A stretch of 64,000 nt of DNA from Basidiobolus meristosporus CBS 931.73 (lineage: Eukaryota; Fungi; Basidiobolomycota). The notes beneath the pieces are model-generated. The model was given only the letters and a program-made list of their open reading frames with translations, did not search any database and had not been told where the DNA came from. This document shows, one piece after another, positions 1 through 13,626 of this stretch; the first letter of the stretch is position 1, and each line of letters opens with the position of its first letter. Both the position numbers and the translations under genes were made by a program. The stretch covers positions 79,868 to 143,867 of the forward strand of contig MCFE01000170.1 of NCBI GenBank assembly GCA_002104905.1, read 5' to 3'.

Positions 1-190
1 GCATCATCATCACCCAATAGAATCCTACTTAATATATCTATTTCTGTCTTATAAGGATCTGCTGATTCATTTGCTGATAATGCTACTGATTTGATAAAAA
101 ATACTGATATACTGATAACCTAAACATATACAAATTGATTTGACTAAAAACTGATCTAACTTAAACATTCAAGCGGCAGATCATAACCAT
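1..190. repeat. Partial copy of a ~370-bp LTR family (family L1)
   Basis: GCATCATCATCACCCAATAGAATCCTACTTAAT...CATTCAAGCGGCAGATCA aligns with the 3' halves of 1575-1943 and 2109-2478. Confidence 0.8.
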
Positions 191-194
191 TGCA

Positions 195-567
195 AGAAAC
201 AACCAACTGTGGTCCTATTTATAAGTGAAGCGGAATACATTGCTGCTTGTCAAGCAGTAAAGGTGGTTTTATGACTGCAAATTTATTCAAAGACTTGGGC
301 TATAATTCCAATGAGCCAACATGTATTTTCAAGGATAATTGAGGTTTTATTTCATTATCTAGAAATCCTACTAATCATAGCAGAACTAAGCGCCTAGCTA
401 TACAACACAACTTTGTGAGGTAGGCTGTAGATAATAAATTAGTAGAGTTAGTTTATTGCACAACAGACAAAATGGTTGAAGATATATTGACAAAACTACT
501 AGCTAGGCTACTGCCTGAGAATATTGGAGAGGAATTAGGATTAAAAAGTCATTGAGTAGAGGAGGAG
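195..567 (+). pseudogene. Ty1/copia RNase H remnant followed by polypurine tract
   Basis: Translates KQPTVV..SEAEYIAACQAVK and TDKMVEDILTK.LAR, with stops. PPT GAGTAGAGGAGGAG at 554-567 is followed by TG. Confidence 0.8.
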
Positions 568-1574
568 TGCTGAAATATTGGACTATTTGGTATTATTCAG
601 CAGCTATATATCTACTTAACAGTTCTGGACTGGTCTTGTTCACTGTGGGACAAGCTTAGAGCTCCAACTTTACCCCTTTCTTCAGATCAATGATCATATG
701 ATTATTTCCCTGTAGTCAAAACATGATCAGCACTTTACCAAACATTTATACCTGCCCTGAAGCAGTTGCAAAGTGCTCCTGAATGCTGAGAAACCCTCTT
801 CATTTAGTGTTACAGTTGTATTACTTCTACAATGGTATAAACACTGGGCTTCTTGATGAATGAAGAACAGTTCAACTATCATCAGTGTTTCTTGATATGC
901 CCCTTGTATCCAAATCAATTCTTATATTTCCACAATTGTAGGGGATAGGGACTTTTATAGCTTAATACAAATAAATAAGGTATGTCTGAGGTTCAGTAGA
1001 AATTCATGAAATCATTTGCATGAAAAGTAAGAGAATTGGTTGAGTCAGGAAGTCAGGTGTATGAAAGGAGGCAATGGCCAAACAATGTAGACATATATAG
1101 GAGGTGATTGAGTGTATGAGATAGGAAAGTGAGAGAATTGGCAGAGGACCAATCAAAAACCACTTATGTATCATTGTGACAAAAAATATTTACCAAGTTT
1201 TTTGTGAAATCTGCGGAGCAATTAACTTTTAATGGTCTTTACATGGTGTCCTGATGGGATCAATACCTCCTGGTCACAGGAATTTAATTTTGTGATGGCC
1301 TTTTGACAGGAACATCGCAATTATTTTCTATAGGGAAGTGGCTGACAAGTTATTGTTGGTTCAGTAGTGGCAGATGGATGATCAAAAATGACCTGTGTAG
1401 CATAACACTGGCCATGATTGTTATAACACTATGCTGTCTAAATGCTACATGGCTGAGAGGCATCTTACAGTAGACTTATTCCATTGTACCCTGCCAGGGG
1501 GCATGGTGCAATCATTGGTTATTAAGAGCAATCAGGCACAATGCTCTAGCTACCAGTAGGCATGATCACTCTTG

Positions 1575-1943
1575 TGTTACAAGTCATAGTACAAGAGTTG
1601 TGGAGGAACAGGGAGTTTAGCTAGTATTGTACTCACTAAAACTTGAACTGATTTTTATTGAGGTCCCAGCAGCTCCTTATATACATTTTACCAGATCAAT
1701 TGCTGACTAATTGTATTTCCCAATGTAGGTTGTGGTCAATGACTCATTTGAGTGCATCATCATTACCCAATAAGATCCTACTTAATATATCTATTTCTGT
1801 CTGATAAGGATCTGCTGATTCATTTGCTGACTAATGTTACTGATTTGATAGATAACACTGATATAATGGTAGGCTAAGCATATGATTAGCTGATTTAACT
1901 AAAAACTGATCTAACTTAAACACTCAAGAGGTAGATCACAACA
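1575..1943. repeat. LTR (family L1), TG...CA, 369 bp
   Basis: TGTTACAAG...ATCACAACA; direct repeat of 2109-2478. Confidence 0.8.
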
Positions 1944-2108
1944 CTTGGAAAAATTTCCCACTCTGTGGGACAATCTTGTACCCTATCCTATGGCACAATC
2001 TAACATGATGAGGCTGGTGCAGATGACTGCACCAACTTGTAAGTCACATGATACCACTATTATGGTAGCTAAAATCCAGTATTTGGATATGCTTCTTCAA
2101 TGTATATG

Positions 2109-2478
2109 TGTTACAAGTCTTGGTATAAGAGTTGTAGAGGAATAGGGAGTTTAGCAAGTATTGTATTCACTGAAACTTGAATTGACTTTCGTTGAGGTTC
2201 CATCAGTTTGTTACAAATGTTTTGCCAGATCAGTTGCTGACTAATTGTATTTCTTAATGTAGATTGAGGTGGATGACTCATTTGATTGCATCATCATTAC
2301 CCAATAAGATCCTACTTAATGTATCCGTTCCTATCTGACAAGGATCTACTGATTCATTTGCTGACTAATGCTACTGATTTGATAGATAACACTGGTACAC
2401 TAATAGGCTAAACATATAACTAATTGATTTGACTAAAACTGACCTCACTTAAGCATTCAAGCAGTAGATCATTATACA
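2109..2478. repeat. LTR (family L1), TG...CA, 370 bp
   Basis: TGTTACAAG...ATTATACA; diverged direct repeat of 1575-1943. Confidence 0.8.
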
Positions 2479-4379
2479 TGGATATAAATGTGTATCACAC
2501 CAGAAACTGCACTGATACTTACCATTTTGGTTATCATCACTGTGATTGGATTACATGCATCCTGAAACTATGAGCCTTCAATTCATTCATTGACTAATAT
2601 ACAAGATACCTGATTCATCATCAAATATGCAATTTTACCCATTGAGGAAATAAATCCCTCATTTAAGCAATTGCACTAGGTGTCACAGCTAGCATGCAAC
2701 CAATTGCATTGGTGCAAGACAGATCATATAGCCACACTGGTGTCACAGAAGATGTATAAGTATACAGGTTGATAGTTTATATACGTGTTGTTTTGATCAT
2801 GACAAATGATAGGAATTCAGCCTTCTTGCATCACCTTCTCTTAGGTTTTTTTCTCACAAGGATTACTACTCAGTATTTGATAGTAATTTAATCTGCACAA
2901 CTAAACTACATCTGTCTTGACTCTTATCTTGGCTGCTTGTGTACTTGTAGTCTGTATTTTGCCTCCTAGGTGATAAGTGCAGTACTACAGCTTGGCTGCT
3001 CTGAATTGCTCCAGATTGTTTTACAGAACCACCCTGAAGTGCCACATTCTGATGTGTTCTTTTACCTGCCAAAGGCTCCTGTGGTGAAGACATTTCCAGT
3101 GGGTCATTGTCAGCCAGTTCAGCTGTTGTTACTTGCTGATAGTGAGGTGTAACTGCACATGCCAGTACAACTTGATGTATTGTTATGGCCCTTGGCAGAG
3201 TTCAAGTGATGCTACTTGTTGTCAAAGCTTAGCCTGCTCTAATGGACTTGTATCTAAAGGAGTAGCTTGGCAAGTACTGGTAGTTTTTTCCTGAACCACA
3301 TGTGCTGGCCCAACATGCATTGATGCAGTGTGTGGCACTCTTGTAAAGGGTGTTGGCATAGATTGGACTGTTGTGTGCTGGCATGCTGGCATTGCAAGGG
3401 ATGATAAGCAATCCACCAAGGCATGCTGGCACAATCTACATGCAGTTGCCCACAGTCTGTATTCCTCTTCTTGAAGCTCACCTTCCAATTCCTCAAAGTA
3501 TTCACTTACTCTCTGTCTGCTACTTTAGAACTGTTTCCTTGATAAGCCCTGTGTATATTGCTCCTGGAAGCCACTTAACTCTACTAATATTTAATACACT
3601 ACATTAGTCATTGAGGCAAAAACATATTCAAGATCTGCCTGGTTTCCAAAGTTGAGGCATCTGAAGATAAATTTAATCTGTATTGCGCAAATTGCAAACA
3701 GAATCATATATGCACAGCTTCCTCATCAAGTCCCCCCACTCTCAAATCATTCTTGATTTCAATACTTGTTTTATTTTATTTCTTCCTACAAATATCTGCT
3801 GGCATCTTGATGTAGAACTTATGCCACTGCTTTCTACTCAAGTTCTTCCATCTCTGTTGACTCTCAGAAGAATCCAGTTCTGCTAGATTAATGAGTGATG
3901 CCCAAATATCTGTATGAAGACTCATCATTGACACTTAGGTCACACTGAAATCATTTGGCAAGAACTCATATGGATCCAACGTTGACTTATCTGGTCTGGA
4001 CCACACCATTGAGCTGAGGGATGTGTTTTGTCTGGGTTGTACTAAAGATGAGTTGAGACCTGGTATAGGGGCCATACTAACAGATTGCAATACTTATGCA
4101 GCAGTATATTGGCATAAACCTGACCTTATATAAAATATGTACAAAAACTAATGTGATTGTTGAGCTTTCCATCTATTATGCATGATACATCTTGGATTGC
4201 ATTGACACAGGTCTGATCACATCAGTCATAGATTTCCTAATAGATTATAGACTTGTGAGTAAATCTTCAGTAAAATTATTAAGTCACTATATGTGAGCAA
4301 TTTTGTAACATAATGATGGGAAACATGGCTATTGATAGAGGCTTAATCATAATGAATGGAAAATCAGATTAATTAAATG

Positions 4380-6370
4380 GATTGTGCCAAACTAATTCAA
4401 ATCTCATATCTCTGATCACCTACCAAACCTAATATGACTTACTCATCACCATGGTCTTGTCCCATTAGTCCCATTCCTACAACAGGATTTCCTTTTGACA
4501 CATTAAAGGAGATCTACACCAAGTATTTTAGACCATCTACCCCAATCAACTCAAGGAGATCCCTTGTTAAGCTTCTCTGTTGATACACAAACTATAGCCC
4601 TACAAAGTTTCATTACACCATCTGTGATAACAAAAGTCTTAGAAGCTTACATTCACAGCTGGCAGCAATGGGGAACCACCTTGCAAAGGGTATGAATGAT
4701 TTAGAACAAGCTCCAATAGACTTCCATATCCCAGAGTGTTCTGCAATAGTTTCCATATCAGGAGTGTCTTAGATACCTTCCCAGTCAGGATTAATAGACC
4801 TTCTAGAGGGCAGAGGCACTTGTATTCTGGCAAATACAAGGTACACTGTAGTGGGGTGACAGTGACACCCACTGACAGATGTGCTCATTCCCTTATTTTC
4901 TACTTCCCTATATCTCTACTACACTTATTTTAGTTTTATCCCATTTGTCTTACCCAATCAGTACTATCCCATAAGCTGGTTGACTATCACACCTGCTTAC
5001 CTTATTGCATAAGTTACCCCTCACTTTATGTAAGATTACTAGCTATATGTACTTATATATTAGGCAAGTACCCGCGCCAGTGCCCGTGACACATGATCAG
5101 CCCGTGTCACCATCCCTACCATTTCCATACCATATATGGTATCCCCATGTTACACAGGTTTCAGAATACTGATTCCTGATTGGTTGGATGTGCTGTGCCT
5201 CTTAGAACCTTCCGGCACCTACCTAGAACATTCCTAGGTCATTCTGATGTCATTAAGATTTCTATTGAACTCCGGAACCTTCTGGAACACCATGATTAGT
5301 AATCACTTAGCCAGTGAGAAAAGTATATAAGGGAGGCTATCCCTCAACAATAAATCATCATCCCTTTTATCAATATACCGACTTGTTGATTAGTGTGATC
5401 ACTGCTACCTGCTGCTACCTGAACTTCCAACCCTAGACCACAGGACACTCCCAGGAAACCGCGCTGACAGCCAACTGACCTTGGAGGCACTACTTGTGAG
5501 GAATACTCAGAGTAGGTATCTTTTATTATATTTGATTCTTTCCCAAGTTTGTTCTTGTACAGGCAAAGATACTTTTCTGTCTTTGTAACTATTGACCAAA
5601 GCTGCATTCTTATCAAGTCCCTGCTGGTGGAGTTTACAGTTGTTTTGACTTTGGAAGCTTTAGTACATTGTCATCTCAAAGGACGCTGAACCCAGCACAT
5701 ACTTTTGTTAAGACGCCAACTAAGTTGGGGATTGTAGCTCAATAGTTTTCCCTTGACAAGCTTGTGGCTTTATTCCCCTTCACATTAGATTAGAGACAGA
5801 ACCCAAGTATTCCTAGCAAGCTTTTGCCAGAGGTTATTGCACCCAGTGAACACCCCACACACAAAACACTTGAGAAGTGTTGGACGTATCTCTCCCTTGG
5901 ACTTATACACCACCACAATGCTGTGTGAAGCTTCAGGCACTCTCTGACATTGAGGGTTGCATCATCTGGCTTAGTGGGCCATTTACTGGAAATAGGTATG
6001 ACAAAGCACCTTTGGTAGAGAATCATCCAGAATTCATTAGAGAGAAACATATGGCAGACTTAGCCTATGCAGGATAGGACTCTCAAAGATTAGAATGTAT
6101 TATAACTATGGCAAGCTAAAGAATATGTGCTTAGCAGAAAGCAGCAGCTCCACAATGAGATGTTTTATCACATCAGAGTTAGAATATAGCAAACATTAGG
6201 ATACCTAAAGAGACTCAGTGTATTGGCAGGTGTAAAGAGAAAAAGTCATTTATAGAAGAAACAGCAGTATAGATTCAATAGTAGCAATACTTGTTAATAC
6301 TTGATATACTCATATAAGATGACATCCACTGAGAACATGTGTCTGGAGCATTTTGAGGAGTAAACAAAGT
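4380..6370 (+). mobile_element. Decayed Harbinger/IS5-like (DDE_Tnp_4-type) transposase split by a solo LTR
   Basis: VLDTFPVRINRPSRGQRHLYSGKYKV at 4770-4846 resumes after the insertion as CVKLQALSDIEGCIIWLSGPFTGNRYDK...ADLAYAG from 5918. Boundaries approximate. Confidence 0.75.
4847..5917. repeat. Solo LTR, ~1071 bp (family L2)
   Basis: TGTAGTGG...CCACCACA termini. TATA-like AAGTATATAAG and AATAAA inside. It interrupts a transposase codon run. Flanks are ACAC / ATGC. 5171-5917 is near-identical in inverted orientation to 60315-61060. Confidence 0.8.
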
Positions 6371-7044
6371 CTGAAAAGCACTATTCTGAGCAACATAAGT
6401 ATGATTGCTGGAATGATTTGGTACTATAAATAGGCTGGTAATATGTGGTACTATCTAACATAACAAGTCTAATAGCTACATTTACTTTTTTTGCCTCTGT
6501 TATAGCATTGAATCTGAGTAGTCTTCTCCATAGGGCAAACAGTTTGACACTCTACAACATACTGATATTATACCACTTTTTTTGTCAATGCTCATGTGAA
6601 ATTAAGATAGTCCTATATTTAAGACATAGCACATACATGAATATAAGATTCAATGATGACCTACCATAGCAAGCATTTAAATAAAGATGTGGTACCACAT
6701 ACACAAGTATATGTAGCACTATTTCCTCTTTGGTTTTACTCACATCCATATATATGCTGCCAAAAAATGTAGCAAAGTCAGCTGGTTCTCAACCACACCC
6801 CACTGCTGATAGCAGAAGAATGGTTGGGGAACAGCTTGCTTGTACATTCAGTGCAACAAGCAGGGCTACATTTAAAAAGGCCATGTGGCATTAAACCCAC
6901 TCATGGTAATAATTCAGACTCCTCAGGCTTGCAGTCAAGTAGGAAAATGAGCATCTCTGCAGAGCTGCTTGCTGGCACTAATGCTCAGGCAGATGTGAAT
7001 GTAGGAAATGCAGAACCTTTGGTTGAAGACCAGCAAGTAGATAT

Positions 7045-7780
7045 TAGACTTGTTCCATTGGATAGTGCCACATTGAGCCATGAGTGCCAAATGATGCCAT
7101 AGTGTGCCAGAGAGGCCAATTGAGCCTCTACCTGGCCACAGAGTGTGAAACATAGCTCCGCATCTTCATGCAAAGCAGCTCCTATGTTTCACCCATTGTG
7201 TTGGAGAAAATCCATTTTTTGACCTTTTTTTTTGGATCAATATAGCTCAGGATGTGTTAGAGCACAAGCAGATTGAAGATATGCATCTGGTACTCAATAC
7301 CCATGGCACTCTGAATCTAGCTCCTGTAGCTTGTATCATGTCACAAAAATGAATGGCACTGTCTTGGTCCACTGGTACTATCTGGCACTATATTTAAATA
7401 TTAGCCCTAAAGTAAGATCTATACAAAGCACTTATAGTGCCAGATAGTACCAGTGGACCAAGACAGTGCCATTCATTTTTGTGACATGATACAAGCTACA
7501 GGAGCTAGATTCAGAGTGCCATGGGTATTGAGTACCAGATGCATATCTTCAATCTGCTTGTGCTCTTACACATCCTGAGCTACATTGATCCACAAAAAAA
7601 GGTCAAAAAATGGATTTTCTCCTGCGCAATGGGTGAAACACAGGGGCTGCTTTACATGAAGATGCAGAGCTATGTTTCACACTCTGTGGCCAAGTATAGG
7701 CTCACTTGACCTCTCTGGCACACTATGGCATCATTTGGCACTCATGGCTCAATGTGGCACTATCCAGCGGAACAAGTCTA
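7045..7780. repeat. Long inverted repeat: ~348-bp arms (7045-7392, 7433-7780) with 40-bp spacer
   Basis: Arms are reverse complements, also visible as mirrored ORFs 6935..7153(-) and 7672..7887(+). Rich in GGCAC/GTGCC motifs. Ends are TAGACTTGTT...AACAAGTCTA. Confidence 0.9.
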
Positions 7781-7836
7781 TTATAATATCATCACAACCC
7801 CTATTAGCAAATATGTTGCTAGCTCAAACCAAACCT

Positions 7837-10220
7837 TTAGTGAGGCAAATAGGTACAGTGGCTATTAGAATAAAATTTCAGGAGTGAAGTAGATGGGTAT
7901 ATTCCATCTGCCATGATCTTGTGGCCCAGGAACAACAATTTTGTATACAGGAAATGGCACTTCTTGGGATGTAGTTTGAGTTGGTTCTTGAGGAGGGCTG
8001 TCAGGATATGTTGCATGTTATGTGTATGTTCTTCTACATTGGGGGAATATATTGTGATGCTGTCCAGATACACAAGAGCGCATTCCCATTGTAGATTTCC
8101 TAATTACTTGGTTCTTAGAGAATACTTGGGCAAGCGGGCGTATTCCTTCTAGGAACTTGTCTTGTAATGCATGCAGTAGACCAGGGTCCACATCTAGTTT
8201 GGGGAGTTCTTCTTCTGGTTCCTTGTTTGTAGGTGGTCCTTAGTTGTTGCCATCAACTTCCTCTAGGTTTAACAATGGCACTCCTCTAGGCAATGTCACC
8301 ATGTGTTGCCCATTGTTAACCACTAAGCACTTCAGACTTTGTGTTTCAAATTTTGGTGGTATCCATACTTTAGGGATCAAGATTCCTTCCAGTTGCTTGG
8401 ATGCCTTTGCTGTGGTTATCATTCTTCTGCTTGTCAAATAAGCTATTGGTGTCTCTAATGAGATCACTGTATCACTGGCGGGTGGTATTCTTATCACCTT
8501 TTGTGTGATGATTGGAGACTGCAATGGTTTCACCTCTTCAATTGTCATGCTGTTGCTATGTGCCTTGCTCTCACTGGTAATATGAATCAGTGGGATACTC
8601 TTGGTATCCCACCTGAGTTCAGATGCACTGAAAAGTATATCTATCTTGTGTTGGATAAACCAACTCTCACCAATGAGTAAGTTGTTGGCTGTGCTGGGTA
8701 GAACCAGAACATCTTAATGTATAATCAAGTTGCCTAGCTGGATAGGGCAATTAGGCACCACTCCTACTGTTGTGTCCAGTTGGTCATTTGCTAGCTGTAC
8801 CCAAATGGTGTTGTTGGGGACTATATCTAACTTTAGATGTTTTGCTAATGATTATTACATGATCAACGTACAGGATCCTGTGTCAATAAGGGCAAGAATC
8901 TCCTTACTCTCTATACGTACCTTTACGTATGAGCCTTTATTTGGTTTTTGCAGGACTGTCTGGTTGACATGAAGAGTCATTATCTCCTTCAATCCCTCTA
9001 TCAATTCCTTGACAAAAGCCAAGGCCAGTCCCAGTAAATTGGTTTTTGGGAGGGTTGCCTTGGTTTGCTCTAGTACTTTCATTATGGGGAATAGGCTGTG
9101 GGGAGATGTATTAGCGTTCTTTGTTCACTTCAACACTCCTTCCCAAGGCTCATTCTTTACCTCTTCACCTAATCCCGTGTACTTTCCATTTGACAGAGCC
9201 TCTACTACAGGTTCCTTTGCCTCCTCTCTAGAAGCATCATGTTGATGCTTCTTCTTCTGTACTTTGACTGTTCTGACCGGAGGGCTTAAGTTGACTGAGT
9301 CCTGTTGGCCTCCTGGCAAGGGACTCTGTCTTTTGATGCCTTCTTCTCTTTTGTGTCTGGTACGGGTTCTTGTCCGTACCATTTACAAATTTGTGGGCTC
9401 AGTGGCCTACTTTTCCACATACATAACACGGGTACTGTTGTTGTGGTTGTTCCATCTGTTTGGTCAGGGCTTGTACCTGGGCCTTTAAATCTACAACTGC
9501 TTCCCAGAGTTTATCACCTTCTTTGGGGACTTCTTGGACATTGTTGATTGAGAGTTCTTGGACCTTTTGCCGTAATTCCTCTAACCCACAGTCTTTTGGG
9601 GAGGCATTTTTTCCTTTCTTACAGGGGATCCCTGTCCTTTGATCATTTGTATCACTATAGGGTAGCCCCCATAGCAAGACAACCCCTCATACTTGTTTGA
9701 CCAACTCTTGCAACATTTTACATCCCTGTTGTTCTTTGGATGCCCTACATCCTATTTTGTTGTCTAAGCCCATGATGTAATACCTCATGAGCTGTTGTTT
9801 GGCAATTTTGTTCTTTGGGAGACATCAAAGTTGTTAGAGAAACAGTTCAGTGTAGGCTTCATAGCTCTCACTGCTTTTCTTCCGTGAGGACAGTAGAAGG
9901 GCTTTGTAGTGGTATCCTTTGGCATATAGAAAGAGTGTCTTGTAGGCTTCTTCTAGTGCATCCCAGTTGTCTTTAACTGCATCTTCCAACCCATAATGCC
10001 ATTGCCATGCTGACCCTTCCATATGTCCTGCAAACTCCCTTACTTTCTTATTGTTGTCCCATCCTGCATCAACCGCAACTCTCGCAAACTTATTGAACCA
10101 CTCAAGGGCTTTCCCTCTCTTTCCCTTGTACATTTTTAGTTTGATTGTAGTAGTCATTACCTCACTTGTGCTTATTTCCACAGAGATGGCACCAAATATG
10201 TGGGTTATTACTGTCTGCAC
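7837..10220 (-). mobile_element. Decayed Ty3/gypsy retrotransposon (gag, Zn knuckle, protease, RT fragment)
   Basis: Gag-like EWFNKFARVA..W; CYVCGKVGH knuckle; LALIDTGS protease; RT YLDSITIYS..EEH...KCHF...FLGH. Multiple stops and frameshifts; truncated next to the palindrome. Confidence 0.88.
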
Positions 10221-10559
10221 TTTATGAGTGGGAGAGCTTGTAGGTCAAGTCAGTACTACTTGGTTAAGAATAGCTTCCAATAGAAGGTAGCATGGTAATA
10301 AAGACTTGTGTTTATTCAGTCCCAATCCCCTTCACTTAGTTCAATTGGGTGCATATATTTATCACTTGGGGGGCTTAGATAATAGACAATGTGTTATAAA
10401 ATAGGGGTGTGAACACCTTCCTGTTATGGTAAGTGTTCTAACTAGATAAGGGCAGGGATGGGAGGGAGGGCATGTTGGGGTATCATAGGGAGGATACTGG
10501 GGGACTTTGGGTAGGACTCTGGGGAGAACTCTTGGGCAAAGAGTGGGTACTGCATTTAG

Positions 10560-11690
10560 TACTCACATCTGGCACTATAATTTCTACCATAATGCCAGTG
10601 GTAGAATATAGTTACTGGCAATTTTATTCAATTGTACTTATGTTGCTCAGGATAGTGCTTTCCTTGCTTTATTTACTCTTCATAATTCTCCAGACACATT
10701 TCTCTCAGTGGATGTCATCTTGTATGAATATATTGTGCATTAATAAGTAGACTTGTTGTGTTGAATAGTGCCATATAGTGCCTGCTTTTTATAGTGCCAG
10801 ATTGATCTGGCACCCTATGGCACCATCTGGCACTATGATTTCTACCATAATGCCAGTGGTAGGATATAGTTACTGGTAATTTTATTTAATCTTACTTATG
10901 ATGCTCAGAATAGTGCTTTCCTTGCTTTATTTACTTATCATAATGCTACAGACATGTTTCTCTCAGTGGATGTCTTCTTGCATGAATATACTGTGCATTG
11001 ATAAGTATCATAACTATTTTACCTATTCTGCTGTTTTTTCCTATATATGACTTTCCTCTGTATTTACCTGCCAATGTGCTGAATCTCTTCAAGTATCCAA
11101 ATGTATGCTCTACCCTCACTCTGAAATGACTAAATATCTCATTGTAGAGCTTCTGCTTCCTGCTAAGCACACCATTTCTTGGATTCCTATAAGCTGTAAT
11201 ACATCCTTATCTCTCATAATCCTCTCCTATATAAGTTAAGTCTGCCATATATCTCTCCACTCTACTGAATGATTCTCTACCCAGAGTGCTTTGTCATACC
11301 TACTTTCAGCAAATGGCCCACTAAACCAGCTGATGTTACCCTCAATGTCTAACAGTGCTTGAAACTTCATGCAGTGTGCCTTGTACTTGCCAGTATAAAA
11401 GTGCCTCTGCCCTCTAGAAGGTCTGTTTAGGCTAAATACCAAAAAGTTCTTTGCAGATATTCAGGTGGTATTCATGGTAGAAGTAGTGGCAACCAAGCAT
11501 ATGTTTGCAAGATATATATGTTACCAGCAATACAGGGTATATGGCAACTTTGCAACTATCACACTAAAAAGCCATGAAGCTGAGGTGATAGAAGGATGTC
11601 AATTGCAGCAGGTGTGCATGTTTGTAGAGGTTAGTAAGCAGGAGGCCATAGTATTTTTTGATTCAAACTATATGTGGAATACCTAAGGTA
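10560..11690 (-). mobile_element. Second decayed Harbinger/IS5-like DDE transposase element
   Basis: RPSRGQRHFYTGKYKAHCMKFQALLDIEGNISWFSGP; FRVRVEHTFGYLKRFSTLAGKYR. The 3' ~180 bp is duplicated (10569-10748 and ~10830-11010). Confidence 0.8.
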
Positions 11691-13626
11691 GTGGTGGGTA
11701 AGCAAATAAAGAGGGGTGATTCTACAGCAGAGTATATGACTTGTGCCATGGGAGGTAGAAAAAGGAAATGCCATTTAGTAAAATGGTATGGTAGCAATAT
11801 ACAGAACTAGCTGTAGGCTGCCATACTGCCATGATAATGCCATCAGAGGCATGCAATGAGGCCATCAAAGCACTGTCAAGTTTTTTGCCATATAAGTCAA
11901 TAAGATATACTTGCCAGTTAGATCTGTCACAATCACATGTCATCCCTGGTCTCCAATTATCTAGCCAAGTCAAGTCAGTGAAGAAATCCCACTTCCTTCC
12001 AGAAAGTTCTGCTACATTCTAGCAACTTCTTGAAAGCTCCAAGTCAACATTACACAATGGAACATTCTATGGAAGCTTCCCATTGGAGTTTATGTAGTCC
12101 AATGCCATATATGGTAACTACTTGTCACATGACCTAGTCACATGATCATCTGACCCCTGACATATCTCCATGTGATATTCCAGTCTGTTCTTTAGTATAT
12201 TCTATCTTGGCACACTTACTCTGCCTCACCCCAGAACCCCATCAGTATTAGCCTATATCTCTTGGCATCCATATTGCCAAAAAGTATATATAGTCCTATC
12301 CTCCCATATGTATTCCTCAGTCTGATAAACACAGGTCTTGAATAAACAGCCTTGCCTTGGAAATCTGCCTTGCCTTGTTGATCCACACCTAAGCCCTTTC
12401 CTGGTCCTGCCTTGCCTAGCCCTACTCTTCTGCCTTGTGTCTATTCATAACAAGATCCACTCAAATAGCTGCAGAGTGCACTAAGATTGTAACAATGCTA
12501 TGCCACTCTTGGCTAAGCACTGTACAAGCACAGTTATGTTTTTCATTTTGATTTGGCTGTAAAATTAGCCAAATGCTGTTATGATCCCATCATAGGATTG
12601 TGTAGATGGTCATTGATTCCAAGCTGCCAATATTATAGTGGTCTCCTCATGAGATCTTGATGGCTGTTCAAGAATGGATCCTCCTGCAAGACCAAATTAA
12701 TTTTCATAGGGTTATTTTTTCACCAGTTTCTCTCTCTGCTGTGTCTTTGAGCTCCTTAGACTCTGACAGAGCTTCTACCTTTCTTTGTATGAGGTAGCCA
12801 TGCAAGTATCTTGTATAATCATCAATAAAAGTGATTAAATACTTCAGCCTGCCTAAGGATAAGCTTGCATTGGTCCACACAGATCTTGTGAATTAGATCT
12901 AATTTTAGCTTAGTTTTGATTAGCTCCAAGCTCTGAGATAGTTGACTGGCTTATTTTCTATATATGCAGACTTCACAGTGCTCCAAATTTGCTGGGGGAT
13001 CATATTTACTCTGAAATTTGCTAATCTTTGACCATTTTGTGCCAATAATCAAAATTGATGTGTCCAAATTTCCAGTGCTAAGGCATTGATGTTTCTTCCT
13101 TCAAGTTACTTGTATTGGCTTCCAGATGTGATGGAATATAAGTCAACTTGTCTAGATTCTGATCTCTGATACCCAAAACAATATGAGAGCCATTTTGATT
13201 AGTGATCCTGAATCCAGATTTGCAAAAACTGAAACTAAGTCCTTCTGCAGTAGCCTTGCTTATGGAGAGTGGGTTCTTTGTTATTTCTGATACATAGAGT
13301 ACTTCTTTGAAGGTTAGTGTGTGGCTTCTTTCACTGCTTCTGGTTCACTTGGATATCTCCTTCCCCAACAGCATTAACTGTCCTATTGTCTTCTATGAAA
13401 ACCTTCTTCAATGGGATTTCTTGGTATTGGGTAAAAAATTCATTTTGGTGTGATAGTGTTGAGGTGCTCCAAGTTAATATGCCGCATCTGAGAATCCTGT
13501 ATATGGTCATATTTAGTGTAGATATGAATAGTCTATCTTCAGTTGTTGCCACATTTTCATATGCAGGCTTCTTTTGCTTACTATCACTCTTATTGAGGCA
13601 CTAATCTGATATGTGACCCTTACTTA

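Noticed and set aside
12000-12494. Possible additional solo LTR (TATA, AATAAA, ends TGTAACA)
   Set aside because: No matching TSD or second copy found.
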